Source: a virus
DNA length: 64,000 bases
Direction: 5' to 3' (one strand)
Virus record (IMG/VR): IMGVR_UViG_3300046501_000132
Span: 106,685 to 170,684 of that record
This document shows positions 37,478 to 48,123 of the stretch, one piece after another. Position 1 is the first letter of the stretch. Each line of letters starts with the position of its first letter. Below the pieces are notes generated by a model. That model was not told the origin of the DNA. It saw only the letters and a list, made by a program, of their open reading frames with translations, and searched no databases. The position numbers were made by a program, and so were the translations under genes.

Positions 37478-38224
37478 TCAGGTCGTCGCCAACCAGGACT
37501 TGATCGAGTGCTTCATCGCACTCGTACCCTTACCGGCAACCCTTCGGTATTGTCCCCACACCGGCATCTTCTTCAAGACGTTCTCCGCTGCATGGGACAT
37601 CTTCTGGGTCAGACCGAAGACAGCATCCATATTGGCCATCTTGGCCCGGACTTCTTCAGATCGGCTGGAGTTTTCCACAAACTCAAAGTCGAACTGAGGA
37701 AACTCGGACTTGACCGATTCGGCCTGGATCGGGAGCAAGCCGATCACCCCCACGCGGAGCTTCTTGGGTGTTGCGGCCTTATGAGCCAACGCCGATTGAA
37801 CTGCAACCTGTGACGGTATCAGGTTACTCACCGCTTGCTGAATGTAGCCGTCGATCATCGGCTTCAGATGTTCAAACATCTGCTTCGCCAGAAGTTGAGC
37901 CAGGGGTTCCAAGGCATTCTTCGCCTTGTCTTCTTCCTGAGCATACTCCGCTTTCTCTTGCTCTTGACGGTCGTGTTCCAACTGGTTCAGGCGCTTACGC
38001 AGACGCTTGAACCCTGCGAGTAGAATCGGTCGCGTTTGAGTCATGTTCATCGAAATACGATGTCGCGACTCCGGGAGCACTTTCCGCATTGCTCCAAATA
38101 CATCATCGGACTTGATCCCCATCAGCGTGGAGGAATGGGTCTCAGCCGGGAACCGACGATGCAGTTCAAAGCAGACCTTATCCCATTCTTCTTGCGTCCA
38201 ACGGGTCTTCGTACCTTGCGTCAT
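37478..38224 (-). CDS. hypothetical protein, C-terminal DUF2325-like domain
   Basis: VGVIG...ANMDAVFGLTQKMSH; own promoter and terminator. Confidence 0.6.
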   Translation of the reverse strand: MTQGTKTRWTQEEWDKVCFELHRRFPAETHSSTLMGIKSDDVFGAMRKVLPESRHRISMNMTQTRPILLAGFKRLRKRLNQLEHDRQEQEKAEYAQEEDKAKNALEPLAQLLAKQMFEHLKPMIDGYIQQAVSNLIPSQVAVQSALAHKAATPKKLRVGVIGLLPIQAESVKSEFPQFDFEFVENSSRSEEVRAKMANMDAVFGLTQKMSHAAENVLKKMPVWGQYRRVAGKGTSAMKHSIKSWLATT

Positions 38225-38339
38225 GATGTTAGCCTCAGATTTTGTTAAAGATCGTTCTTTGCGGTATCGGGTCTAACTAAGCCCCGATATAAGAATTATA
38301 CTCTTTTCTGAGGATAAGGTAAAGCCTTAACTACGTTTT

Positions 38340-38771
38340 TTAGTCTCCGTTAGTCTCGCCCCACCAGTAATCCTGGTTTGCGATATTAAACAGATCGTGA
38401 TACACATGATCCGTCCGGAAAACGAAACTACGCTTTTCCAACTTCTTCATGTAGTTGATCATATGCTTCGTCCCTCCCGAGACTCCATCCCAAACGGCAA
38501 TCAGAGCGTCAGCATAATCACCCATAGATTCGTTCCGCTCGAATCCGGCTAACTTATTGTAATGTCCATTAATATACCAATCGGCAGGACAGGACTTAAC
38601 TGCGACACCATTCGCAATTGCCCATTTCTTCCCAAGTCGGTCTGGACCTTCGGCTTCACCGCAAACAACTTCAGCAATAGAAAAGCCCGATAGTTCAACA
38701 GCTTGAACGACCAGGCCATATTGCTTCACGCTGCGGCTTCCGGCAATAATTACCTTCAGCCCTTCGGTCAC
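38340..38771 (-). CDS. SLOG-family (YspA/DUF2493-like) protein
   Basis: VIIAGSR, CGEAEGPD, AGFERNESM, WDGVSGGTKHMI. Confidence 0.85.
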   Translation of the reverse strand: MTEGLKVIIAGSRSVKQYGLVVQAVELSGFSIAEVVCGEAEGPDRLGKKWAIANGVAVKSCPADWYINGHYNKLAGFERNESMGDYADALIAVWDGVSGGTKHMINYMKKLEKRSFVFRTDHVYHDLFNIANQDYWWGETNGD

Positions 38772-40219
38772 TTCTTCGCTTTTGCCTTCTTGCGAGTTGC
38801 CTTCGATTCAGCAAAGGATTCCTGCTCGATTGCGGCCTGCTGAATCGCCTTCATCTGTTCCAGTGTATCAGCCTTGGTCTTGTCCAGCCGTTCTTCGATG
38901 AAGCGGGGGAGGAAGCCAGACCAATAACCTTCGGTGTCTTGGCTCGGTTCCATCAGGCCGTTGATCGTGATCGTGATGATCCGCTTACCCAGAAGTTCAT
39001 CACGACGATTGTAGATGTCCAACCGCTCCGCATCCGAAAGCCCCGCCGCGTTACACCGGAACTTCCCGCACTCCGATTCGCACATCAGGGAACCGAACAA
39101 ATCCTTGTTCTTGGACTTGGTGTCTGCAGCCTTGAGTCCGACCAGGCGAACGTCAATGTCCATCTGGAGCTTAATCTTGACTTGATCCTTGGATCCGTCC
39201 GAATCTTGCCAAATGCCATCCGGGTGCTTGACTACGGTTCCTTCCAGCCCGCGCTCCATTGCGTTCTTAGCATGCAGGCGAGCTTCCTTGACCGAATAGA
39301 CAAGCTTGTATTCGATCAGCTTGACCGCGCTTTGCCCCGCTGCGCCGATGAAGGCTTCCAGCTGTGCGATACGCTTCACGCGCGGTACGTTGTACTTGTT
39401 CTTCGGCTTGAACTCATCAATTGGGATGATGTCCCAGGCGTGATACTCGATTCGATAGCCCGGTTCCAGTTCACCGTCTTGGAGCAGAGAGTTGAATTTA
39501 CCATTGCCTTCTTGCCGGGGAAGCATCTTGCCGTCCTTGAACAGCAGAAGTTCTCCGTGGAGCACGAAGCCTTCGGGGACGTGGTGCTTCACTACCGTCA
39601 CGACATCACCGAAGTAATCCAACGGCATCGGTGAACCGTTGCGGCTTTCGATAGAGACGGCGCCGCCCTTGTGATGGTAGACGTTGGCGAACTGACCATC
39701 AGCCTTGATTTCAGAGTATACCCCACGTTCCCACGGCCAAGCGTCCAGATTTGCTTCGGCGGGAAGCGTACACCGCATGTACGGGATATTGGTGATCAGA
39801 CCAGGCCAGACCTTGTTAATCGATCCGGTGGAGACCCCTGCCTTGACGTCGCGCTGAATCAGCAGTTGTAGTAGTTCCTTAGACCAATCACTGTCCATAT
39901 CGGCGTAGAGATTCGTCAACCATGTCTTGGCCGCGTTACCGGTCAGATCACGCTTGGCGAGGGTGTCGTACACTTCCGCCATAACGTCAAACGTAAATTC
40001 GTTCGGCTCACCAGTCAGGTTGTCGAAATACGCGACTTTGCCTTTGGCAACCTTGGTATCCACCTTCCTCTGATAGAAGTTGATACGAGGTTCATAGGCC
40101 ATCCGGAGATACGCTTTCAGGTCGGCGTCGTCCTTGTTGGCCTGGAGGATCGCCAACTTGTCGTTACTACTGTTCGTTGCACGCAGTTGCGTGAGTACGT
40201 CAAATACTTGTTTCATCAT
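38768..40219 (-). CDS. ATP-dependent DNA ligase (T4 gp30-like)
   Basis: EIKADG adenylation motif, LHGEL, EGTVVK, QVKIK, FLPRF..RLDK. Confidence 0.95.
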   Translation of the reverse strand: MMKQVFDVLTQLRATNSSNDKLAILQANKDDADLKAYLRMAYEPRINFYQRKVDTKVAKGKVAYFDNLTGEPNEFTFDVMAEVYDTLAKRDLTGNAAKTWLTNLYADMDSDWSKELLQLLIQRDVKAGVSTGSINKVWPGLITNIPYMRCTLPAEANLDAWPWERGVYSEIKADGQFANVYHHKGGAVSIESRNGSPMPLDYFGDVVTVVKHHVPEGFVLHGELLLFKDGKMLPRQEGNGKFNSLLQDGELEPGYRIEYHAWDIIPIDEFKPKNKYNVPRVKRIAQLEAFIGAAGQSAVKLIEYKLVYSVKEARLHAKNAMERGLEGTVVKHPDGIWQDSDGSKDQVKIKLQMDIDVRLVGLKAADTKSKNKDLFGSLMCESECGKFRCNAAGLSDAERLDIYNRRDELLGKRIITITINGLMEPSQDTEGYWSGFLPRFIEERLDKTKADTLEQMKAIQQAAIEQESFAESKATRKKAKAKK

Positions 40220-40464
40220 TTTCCTAGTATGAGAATCCCTTACCGATATTATAGATGGATTCTCAGATGAAGTAAAGGGATCGTCAGAGGCTATATGCAG
40301 GGTATTTGAAATCCGGACATTCCTCTTGAGTATTTCCACGAACCTCACTGCAAGTGGGGAAGTCGGATACAGGAATGGTCGCCTTTTGGGTCACAGGATG
40401 GTATACCTGCGCTTGAGTACAACGCGCCTCACTAATCAAACCGCGCTTGCGAAAAGCACACTCA

Positions 40465-40818
40465 TTACAATAGTTCATACGCCTTCATTTTATCAAGCCA
40501 GTGATAATTCCATTCAAGAATTGCCTGACGGAAATTGTCGAAAGCCTTGTCGCGTTTCTCATTAGTTCCAAATACCATAGAACCGGAGCGGAATGCCCGG
40601 TCCTCTTGGGAGGCGCCCAGCAACCATACACGTTCAGTTTGAATATCCATCACCGAACGGGAGATCACCTCATAACCGTTTGAGGCTTTGAATATATAGT
40701 ATTCTCCGTCATCATCCCCATACCATTTGGTTTCAGGATGTTGCCAGATGATATCAAACGTCAGACGTTTCGTGGTGCGGATGAGTCGATAATGAATTAG
40801 TTCAAGTTCAGCTTCCAT
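40465..40818 (-). CDS. hypothetical protein
   Basis: AAGG RBS, 117 aa. Confidence 0.55.
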   Translation of the reverse strand: MEAELELIHYRLIRTTKRLTFDIIWQHPETKWYGDDDGEYYIFKASNGYEVISRSVMDIQTERVWLLGASQEDRAFRSGSMVFGTNEKRDKAFDNFRQAILEWNYHWLDKMKAYELL

Positions 40819-41614
40819 TTCCTTTAGACATAAAAAAAGCCCTCAAGACTTCTGAGGGCAAGGGACGACGATCTTGGAATTACCAGCGCCGGTCAATTTC
40901 GATCACGCGGCTATCCCAATATACAGTTACATTATACAAGCGATACTTTCCCCGCTTCCAGAAGTGCCAAGTGCCTTCGGTGGGTGCATTTTCGATCCAA
41001 CCCCACTTAGGATTACCAAGCCTGCGTAATGCGCGAATGAATTTATCGTCTCTCATGATTCCACCCGTTTGAAGTTCCTGTCGAGAATAAGCACTTCAAT
41101 TTCGTCCGGAATCTCGTAAGTCAACTCCGGATACCAACGATCCAACATTTGGAACAACTGGTCCCACTCCGGATATTCCACAACCAAAGAGAACCTGCCT
41201 TCCCTGATGACCGCTCTGGCTTGTTCGCGTGCGGGCCGATAAGCCCGGTATACAACAGACGCGAAGCTAACTGTTTTCATGAGTTCTCTCCACCCTAGGT
41301 GAGCCGTAGAGCGTTAGAAACGCTTCGGGGCTACCGGAGTATAGGCGAGTCGTTTTAAGCCCGCCTATACTCCGTTTATACGGGAAGCCGCGCCAGCTTC
41401 ACCTCACAAGGAATTGCGCCGTTTCCAGAATCAAATTGGTTCATGCGTTCCAACAGGACCGAGACGCTGATCCTGGAGGTATTGTTGATTGACACATCCA
41501 ACAACACAAATTCCTCTATGTTTGGCGCGCAAACAATGATGTAATCTCGGTCCTTCATCTTGAAGGCGGTGCCAATGGCTAGATCACTCTTTTCCCAAAG
41601 ATACTTGATCTTCA

Positions 41615-41920
41615 TTATTCGATCCTGAAGTTGCCGGATTCGAGCAGAAGTGCGAATTCAGCGCGCGTGTACATTGCTGTAGGATTGCCAACTTCACGCA
41701 GATGTTGGATCACTTGGCTGTATTCCAGGTCTTGATAGACGTGGCTCTCATCGTAATACAGCGGACAAGAATCACGAGTCAGCGTAATACGAATACCACC
41801 ATAGTTGTCTCCGCATCGCAGGACTTCCATCTTGGAGGTTTCCGGATTTCTCAAGACGAATCGGTCACCATCATTAGCTTTCATTACCGACTGTGGAGTC
41901 AGTTCAATCAATTGACGCAT
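41615..41920 (-). CDS. hypothetical protein
   Basis: first gene after promoter 41945-41973; coupled to 41376-41615. Confidence 0.55.
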   Translation of the reverse strand: MRQLIELTPQSVMKANDGDRFVLRNPETSKMEVLRCGDNYGGIRITLTRDSCPLYYDESHVYQDLEYSQVIQHLREVGNPTAMYTRAEFALLLESGNFRIE

Positions 41921-41976
41921 TTCTTTCCCCTATGGATTACAGCGATTATAGATCCATAGTATGGGAAAGTAAAGTC

Positions 41977-42519
41977 CTATTCTATGAACCATTCTGGTGG
42001 ATCACAATTAGTCCAGGTTGCTATTTCTCGCTTCTCACCCCGATAATAGGCGCGGTAGGATAACACCACATTGGCCTGATGATATTTGAGAGGCATACAT
42101 CTTGGAGGAACAGTGAAACCGATGTCAGGAAGATTCTTGGGGGCTTTGGCTAATAACTTACCCAATTTGATGATCGTCGCGTGATCCTTATCTTTGTTAT
42201 ATCGCCTCACGAACTCACGGTTGAGTTCCATCATTAACTCATATACCCAAAAGTAATTCTGAGTTGACTCCCTCACCCAAATCGCGCAAGGGTGATTGAT
42301 GTGCGTTGCAGAATAGAGAAACGTCTCATATCGAATATCGGGATGCACCCATGACTTGGTCTTACCACCATCGATCGTCCGGATAATCTGAGTTCCATCA
42401 AGAACTCGGTGTGCCGTACAGAGTAGTTGAGCCGACTCCAGTATCATCTTGATCACGTGACGATCGCAATGATACCGGGCCGCTTCTATTGGAGCACTTG
42501 CTAGGAAGAATATGTTCAC
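41977..42519 (-). CDS. pyrimidine-dimer DNA glycosylase / endonuclease V-like protein
   Basis: MNIFFL..P..AA..HCDRHVIKMILESAQLL, HINHPC..W, YRAYY...K. Confidence 0.8.
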   Translation of the reverse strand: MNIFFLASAPIEAARYHCDRHVIKMILESAQLLCTAHRVLDGTQIIRTIDGGKTKSWVHPDIRYETFLYSATHINHPCAIWVRESTQNYFWVYELMMELNREFVRRYNKDKDHATIIKLGKLLAKAPKNLPDIGFTVPPRCMPLKYHQANVVLSYRAYYRGEKREIATWTNCDPPEWFIE

Positions 42520-42893
42520 ATTGAGTTACGCACATCAATAATGCGTCCCTCTTTATTGATGATCATATTGAAATGGGACTCAGCTACTTCAAGTCCCAGA
42601 CCATCCATTGCCTTTTTGTGAACATGGATGCGGAGCTTCACAATGCGAGCGGATTGCTCCATACACAAAATCACTTCAGGCTCTAAGACGAATTGACCAA
42701 TTATAAGCAACTCCTCATGTGGAGTCACATACTGACGCGCGTAACCTAATATAAGGGCCAGACGCGCCATTATCCCCTTGAAAGTCCGGGTAGAGCTACT
42801 GCGGCGGACAATTTCAATTGCCCGCTCGTTCATCAAAGGCAAGGGAAACTTATTTGAGTCACCCAGCAACTCCCAGAAGTTACCTTCATTCAT
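42516..42893 (-). CDS. hypothetical protein
   Basis: 125-aa ORF overlapping next gene. Confidence 0.5.
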   Translation of the reverse strand: MNEGNFWELLGDSNKFPLPLMNERAIEIVRRSSSTRTFKGIMARLALILGYARQYVTPHEELLIIGQFVLEPEVILCMEQSARIVKLRIHVHKKAMDGLGLEVAESHFNMIINKEGRIIDVRNSM

Positions 42894-42997
42894 GTCTCAC
42901 CCCATTTGGTTTCGATAGACAAAAAAGAAGGGTGACGCCTCCGCCCTGGAAACGTCACCCGTCAAAATGGCCTAACACAGCCGCAAAGAAAACGATC

Positions 42998-43267
42998 TTA
43001 CTTGATGGCCCTGAGAACCTTCTTGGCCCAGCGGGCTTCTTCCCCGTTCCAGCGTTTGAGATTTAGCATCAAGTATATGATGTTAGTCTTCACGCCTTCT
43101 ACCCCATATTCACTATACGCGCGCTCCATGCCTAAGGCATAGGATTGAGCGTATATATCGACCTTGGAGCTCACCATCGCAGCCGTAAGGGCTTTGATTT
43201 GATCTGCTGTGAATCCGTCGCGCAATAGATTCTGAGCGAGGGGTTGGGTCAACAGAACGCCATCCAT
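42998..43267 (-). CDS. hypothetical phage protein
   Basis: own promoter, GGAG RBS; YLMLNLKRWNGEEARWAK. Confidence 0.65.
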   Translation of the reverse strand: MDGVLLTQPLAQNLLRDGFTADQIKALTAAMVSSKVDIYAQSYALGMERAYSEYGVEGVKTNIIYLMLNLKRWNGEEARWAKKVLRAIK

Positions 43268-43673
43268 GTAAAAACTCTCCCTGAGCGTAAGACTATTCTA
43301 GTCCGGTTCCTATCGGAAGTAAACCCTAGATTTCCGACAGATCATACCAATCTTCTTGCGCCTCGCGCCGCTTTTTCTTGTCCTTCTTGCCGGTGTTATG
43401 CCGACCTGGTTTCACATGCAGAAGGGTTTCGAACAATTCTCGATTACGCGGGCTGGGTGCTTTCTTTTTGCGCTTGCTCATACAATTTCTCATTCAAATA
43501 AACTGCGTGGAACGCGGCGCGGTCACGTGCTTCACGCACCACCTTGGTATTTGGCTTGGATACTTGCTCCACGCGCCAGATTCCGCCTTTGAAGTAGATG
43601 CGGGGTCGTTGTTCAATCGTCAGGGGCCAGCGATACGCTCCCATCATAATTACTTGTGCCATGCTCATTCCCC

Positions 43674-44822
43674 TTAATAGACCCGGCAGCGGGTCAGTAC
43701 GGTTTGTTTGGTGCCCCGGAACTCATCATGCTTCTTGACGGTTCCGGTCAGGTTCACCACGGCGTCAATCTCACCGATATTCCGGGAAGCGAACCAGGTG
43801 AACTTGTTACCTTTCTCGTCCGCCAGCCCGTAGATATAAGTATAACCGTAAGCCCCCTCAGAAACCGTCAGGCGTGTGATACGCAGGCCTTTCAGGTCCA
43901 GCCTAGCCCCTACGGTCCCCTGATGCTCTGAGGCGCTCTGCTGAGCTTCCCGCGCGTCAGCCAAGTCCTTCATCCAAACCATCACAGCCGCCGCGATATA
44001 GCCGAACAGCTTGGGACGGCAGATTTCAGATTGGAGAGCCAGTTGGACGTTGTGGATGAAGTCGTTGCCGACCGAAGACTTGGCTAGCATGTGGGGGATA
44101 AAACCTGAGAGTTCAACCCGCAGGTTGTCCATATCAATCCCCTTATACATTTCCGCCTCGCGTTTGCGACCAGGATTGATATCGCTGGATGTCGGCGGCG
44201 TACCTGTTTCTTCGGACTTAGATTTGGACACAAATCCGCATTGCTTGATGGACACGTAGGCATCCATGATCGCGCGGTCGGTATAATAAACGTGCCATTG
44301 GGCAGGAATATCGCCGTCAAACTCATCATCGCCGCTGAGCTCTGCGATTTTGTTCATGTAGGCGATCAGCGACTCCACATCCACCGAAGGGAGGAAGTCT
44401 TTGAGGCAGGTCGCGCCGACCATCATTTGGCGCCCATCCTCGTGAACGATCCAATAGGCATTCTTCTTGAGGCGGCGGGATTGGCAGTGGTCGCAGTAGA
44501 GCGGCTGCACGCGCAGCCCTTCCTTGAGTTCGTGTCCGGGCGTCGTGAATACGTAATTCTGACCGGCGATGTCCGAAGGTTGAACCTTGGAGTGGATCGA
44601 CCAACCGGCCAGGCGCGGCACGTCGCCTTGAATCTCAAGCTTGACGTACTCCACTTTGATCATGATGGCGCGGCCTTCCTCATCCACACCAACCGCACGC
44701 TCTTCAACGCCTTCCTCAGTTACCTGATATGTGATCAGGGGGAGGTTCCACTTGGCTGCCTTCTTATTGAACTTAGCAACCTTAGCCTCAAACTCAGGGA
44801 GACGGAAAGCCAGGATTTTCAT
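43674..44822 (-). CDS. conserved phage protein with Zn ribbon and C-terminal OB-like domain
   Basis: CDHC...VGATC; GTVKKHDEFRG.KQTVLTR; own promoter. Confidence 0.75.
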   Translation of the reverse strand: MKILAFRLPEFEAKVAKFNKKAAKWNLPLITYQVTEEGVEERAVGVDEEGRAIMIKVEYVKLEIQGDVPRLAGWSIHSKVQPSDIAGQNYVFTTPGHELKEGLRVQPLYCDHCQSRRLKKNAYWIVHEDGRQMMVGATCLKDFLPSVDVESLIAYMNKIAELSGDDEFDGDIPAQWHVYYTDRAIMDAYVSIKQCGFVSKSKSEETGTPPTSSDINPGRKREAEMYKGIDMDNLRVELSGFIPHMLAKSSVGNDFIHNVQLALQSEICRPKLFGYIAAAVMVWMKDLADAREAQQSASEHQGTVGARLDLKGLRITRLTVSEGAYGYTYIYGLADEKGNKFTWFASRNIGEIDAVVNLTGTVKKHDEFRGTKQTVLTRCRVY

Positions 44823-44898
44823 TTCAGAGTCCTATCGAGTTAGTGTTGTATCGAACTATGAATCTATTATACGATAGGACTCTGAAAAAGTAAAGCCC

Positions 44899-45393
44899 TT
44901 ATGAGGAAATATTTTCAACACCCAGCAGCGCAATTTCCCGCTCACCAATTTCTGCTGCACGTTTGGCGAGTCGGCGGGCGCGGGCTAAGGCTTCCTCACG
45001 TTCCGCTTTGACCATACAATGGTGGTTGAACCCTTTGAGCACCTGCTCCGACAATTTCTCGTGGAGCCACCACTCTCCCTCCAGCCGATAGGTAGCCCGA
45101 ACGGTTTGAGGGCGACCATCAAGTGCATCGCCGTCCCAAACGACAAGTAGGATATAATCCGGGCTGTCGTCATCAGCAGGATGCAGCGAGACTTCGATGC
45201 AATCCTGGTAGGTGCTCGTTGAATTCGGGTTCTTGAAGTCTTCAATCAGCCGCCAGTCATTGGGCCTGTCGTAGTTGGTGACATCCATCAACTTGCCCTT
45301 GAGAACAAGTTCCCGGAAGACACGAGCGTGATGATAGCCGGTGAGATAGGCGGAACCGATAACGGCCAAACGCTTCTGAATATCGTTCCTCAC
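44899..45393 (-). CDS. hypothetical protein
   Basis: GTGA overlap, GGAGG RBS. Confidence 0.55.
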   Translation of the reverse strand: MRNDIQKRLAVIGSAYLTGYHHARVFRELVLKGKLMDVTNYDRPNDWRLIEDFKNPNSTSTYQDCIEVSLHPADDDSPDYILLVVWDGDALDGRPQTVRATYRLEGEWWLHEKLSEQVLKGFNHHCMVKAEREEALARARRLAKRAAEIGEREIALLGVENISS

Positions 45394-45845
45394 CGGACCT
45401 CCAATACCCAGGCTTCCGCTGCATCCAGAGCAGCGGCGGACGACTCGTGACGGGTGGTCGGCTTTCCTTCGCCTTCCACAGCAGCGAGATAGTAGTGGAC
45501 GTTGTATACGTCGCTTTCCACGTTGTGAAGATCGAGCATGACCAATGCAGAGCGGTCACACGACATCACCATCCAATCGGTTCCTCGTTCCTCCACCACC
45601 AACCTATCCTTCAGAATTTTGGTCTTCAGGACGTTGATACGCTTGGTCAGCTCATCAATGAAAGCCTGATGAGAGGCGCGGGGCGATAGACCCATTTCTC
45701 CCGCGATCAGGGCGCGGGTAGAGCGACCCTTAGAGCGTAACCCCTGCGCCTCCAGCTTGATACGTCCCTTGAAGGAAGCGAGTCGATACAATTCGATACC
45801 ATCCGGGGTATCGAACACCAACTCAGTCTTTCCGTTTGCGCTCAT
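45390..45845 (-). CDS. hypothetical protein
   Basis: ATGA overlap, GGAG RBS. Confidence 0.6.
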   Translation of the reverse strand: MSANGKTELVFDTPDGIELYRLASFKGRIKLEAQGLRSKGRSTRALIAGEMGLSPRASHQAFIDELTKRINVLKTKILKDRLVVEERGTDWMVMSCDRSALVMLDLHNVESDVYNVHYYLAAVEGEGKPTTRHESSAAALDAAEAWVLEVR

Positions 45846-46041
45846 TTGCTTCTCCGAAGCGCCGGATCAAAGTCCGGCTTACACTTGTAGACTTCGTAAT
45901 CGCCGTTGGTGAGCTTGCCGTTGACAAACTCCCCGAACAAGCGACATTCTTTGGCGACGACTGACACGCCGTATTCGTGACCGATCAAGAATGAAGTAAT
46001 AATCAATACTACGGTCAGTACCTTCATCGCCATTCTCCCGA

Positions 46042-46809
46042 TCAATTGCCGATTTTCGGCGCCGGTGCATTCGTGCCGACCTGCTTCGACAGGTTGACCT
46101 TATCACCGTATTCCAGGCCCTGGCTCAGCGCGTTGTTGGACTTGTTCACCACATTGAGCTTTTTCTTCTTGACCTGGATACCAAGAACCTTTTCGATGAA
46201 GGAATCGTTGGCGTCAGCTTCAGTCTGGTAGACGTTGGATAGCACCAGGGCGGTTCCGGTCGACACCGGGGAGGGTTCGTCATCCTCCACGTCCTTCAGG
46301 TAATCTTCCGTCTTGGTTTCCTCTGCTTCCTTTCGCAGAGCAAAGCAGCGCTGGCTGATCTTCAGGGCCGCGCCGTTGCGGAAAGTGGTTCCCCAACCGG
46401 CATTGCCACCGGCGTCGCGTTGAGCCCGGTTCGATTCATCCGAAACGCTCTTGATCGCGTAGAGCGTCATTTCACGAGCGGTGATCGCGTTGCTTTCCAG
46501 GCCCACGAAGTGGAAGTTGTACTTCTGCTTCCCTGGAACCTTCGTGCGAAAGAACTTGCAGAAGAACAGTTCGGCAATCGCGTGTCCGATCATCGTGCGA
46601 TACGGATCAGGGAATTGCTCCAGGAGCAACTCGTCACGATCCTCCTTGTTCTCGATGCTGACCTTGTCCATCGACAGATTGTGCTTGGTCATCAACTTCA
46701 GGGCCATCCGCATCGCGGTATCACGTTCAGCTTCCGCGCCAGCAGCGCCATCCTTGGCGTGGTTCAGCAGCTTTTGGATCTTTGCGATGATTTTGTTTTG
46801 GTCCGACAT
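46042..46809 (-). CDS. DUF2786-domain protein
   Basis: KIIAKIQKLL..A....EAERDTAMRMALKLMTKHNL. Confidence 0.8.
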   Translation of the reverse strand: MSDQNKIIAKIQKLLNHAKDGAAGAEAERDTAMRMALKLMTKHNLSMDKVSIENKEDRDELLLEQFPDPYRTMIGHAIAELFFCKFFRTKVPGKQKYNFHFVGLESNAITAREMTLYAIKSVSDESNRAQRDAGGNAGWGTTFRNGAALKISQRCFALRKEAEETKTEDYLKDVEDDEPSPVSTGTALVLSNVYQTEADANDSFIEKVLGIQVKKKKLNVVNKSNNALSQGLEYGDKVNLSKQVGTNAPAPKIGN

Positions 46810-46942
46810 TTTTATTACCCTTTCGCGGTCTGTTGTGTTAGGTTATCGCCTTACTATGTTTCGTTCAGCGATGTAATAATTATAGTCGCGTATTCATGAT
46901 TCGTCTAGTTCTTTTCTGACGAAACTTTCAGACTTTTACCTA

Positions 46943-46971
46943 TAGACTTTTCTGCAGGATGGGTATATAAT
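46943..46971 (+). promoter_or_regulatory. promoter for ORF-free transcript
   Basis: TAGACT-N17-TATAAT, divergent from the DUF2786 gene. Confidence 0.75.
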
Positions 46972-46976
46972 AAAGG

Positions 46977-47297
46977 GTTCATGGTGGTCGGTATTCAGAC
47001 GGTAGCATCATGAAGGTTGTTTCGGCTTACTATGGGATCGGATTAGGCCAAACCCGCAATCTAGGGCAATATGCTCGGTGTGACTCAGGGTATCCGACTG
47101 ACCAGACGTTTGGTTAGCGTAAGTGAGTGTGACTTGTAGAGAACAACGTTTGTAATCTCTACGCCTGACTGGCTCCGATACTGGGACCTGAGGCTTGATG
47201 AGCTACTGCCTTTGCTGGCAGGGCCATCTTTCGCCTTTCCTTCACCGTCCAGGGGATAAAAGAATAAAGCCCCTAGCGGATTAGGCTTAGGGGCTTC
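46977..47297 (+). ncRNA. putative large structured non-coding RNA (~280-320 nt), family unknown
   Basis: promoter, no ORF, at least eight nested stems with G-U pairs, ends at hairpin AAGCCCCTA...TAGGGGCTT. Confidence 0.65.
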
Positions 47298-47398
47298 TCA
47301 GAGAATCAGGGTTATTAGAAAGGCTACCAGACGTTCAGATAGCGTAGGAAAGGCTAGATAGACCGCTAGAGCGAGTCCCGCCAGTAGACCAACAACGC

Positions 47399-47746
47399 TC
47401 AAGCCGGAACCCTCCGACGATGATAACCTGAGCTAGTAGCGGCTTGTTCAGACTGAAACTTTAAGTCGGCCAAGCGAATCTTATCCCGCTCGATAACCCG
47501 GAACATTTCCTTGATCTCCGCGATACGAGGCTCACCAAAGAGTAATTCCTCAATATCGTAATACGCGATCACTTGGGAATAGTTCATGATCGCTTCGGGG
47601 TAGACGGAAAAGGCTGTCTTGTAATTTCCCTTTCGGATAGCCTCTTCAAACTGTTCTTGGTAGAGTTTCCCGCTCTCCAAGTGGTCAGCTATTCGCTGCT
47701 TGAGTTGGTCCCTGACGGAACCGATAAGATTTGATATTTCAGACAT
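47399..47746 (-). CDS. hypothetical protein
   Basis: GGAG RBS, TATACT upstream. Confidence 0.6.
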   Translation of the reverse strand: MSEISNLIGSVRDQLKQRIADHLESGKLYQEQFEEAIRKGNYKTAFSVYPEAIMNYSQVIAYYDIEELLFGEPRIAEIKEMFRVIERDKIRLADLKFQSEQAATSSGYHRRRVPA

Positions 47747-47856
47747 GGTATATCTCCGCGCTGCTGGGCGCGTTTAGTATAGCCCTGAAAGCTCATGAGA
47801 GTCTATACGTAAAAACCCCTAGCGGGTTAGGCTAGGGGCGTCGTGACTTGGTGAGA

Positions 47857-48123
47857 TCAGTCGGAGTTCAGGACGTGCAACGGGAGTTGGAAGTCACCGT
47901 ATTGTCCTTGTTCGTTGTCGACAAGGACCATATTCGTGCTCAGAGAACCGGGCTGCACGTCGGTCATATCCATCTTGAGAAACACGACGTGTGGATTGTC
48001 CATCGCCATCTGCAGGGTTTCGCGGTTGGCTTCGTAGAACGATACGTCAGGGTCGGAAACCTGGTGAGCCTGGGAGAGTTGCTCCATGCAGGCGACGATC
48101 TCTTTCAGTTGGCTGAGCTTCAT
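47857..48123 (-). CDS. hypothetical protein
   Basis: ATGA overlap, GGAG RBS. Confidence 0.55.
   Translation of the reverse strand: MKLSQLKEIVACMEQLSQAHQVSDPDVSFYEANRETLQMAMDNPHVVFLKMDMTDVQPGSLSTNMVLVDNEQGQYGDFQLPLHVLNSD

Noticed and set aside
29548-40219. Introns or inteins in helicase, UvsX, hydroxymethylase or ligase
   Set aside because: All are continuous and of normal length, with no intein termini seen
47095-47110. CTGACCAGAC resembles the 5' end of E. coli RNase P RNA
   Set aside because: Short match only; the conserved GAGGAAAGUCC core is absent
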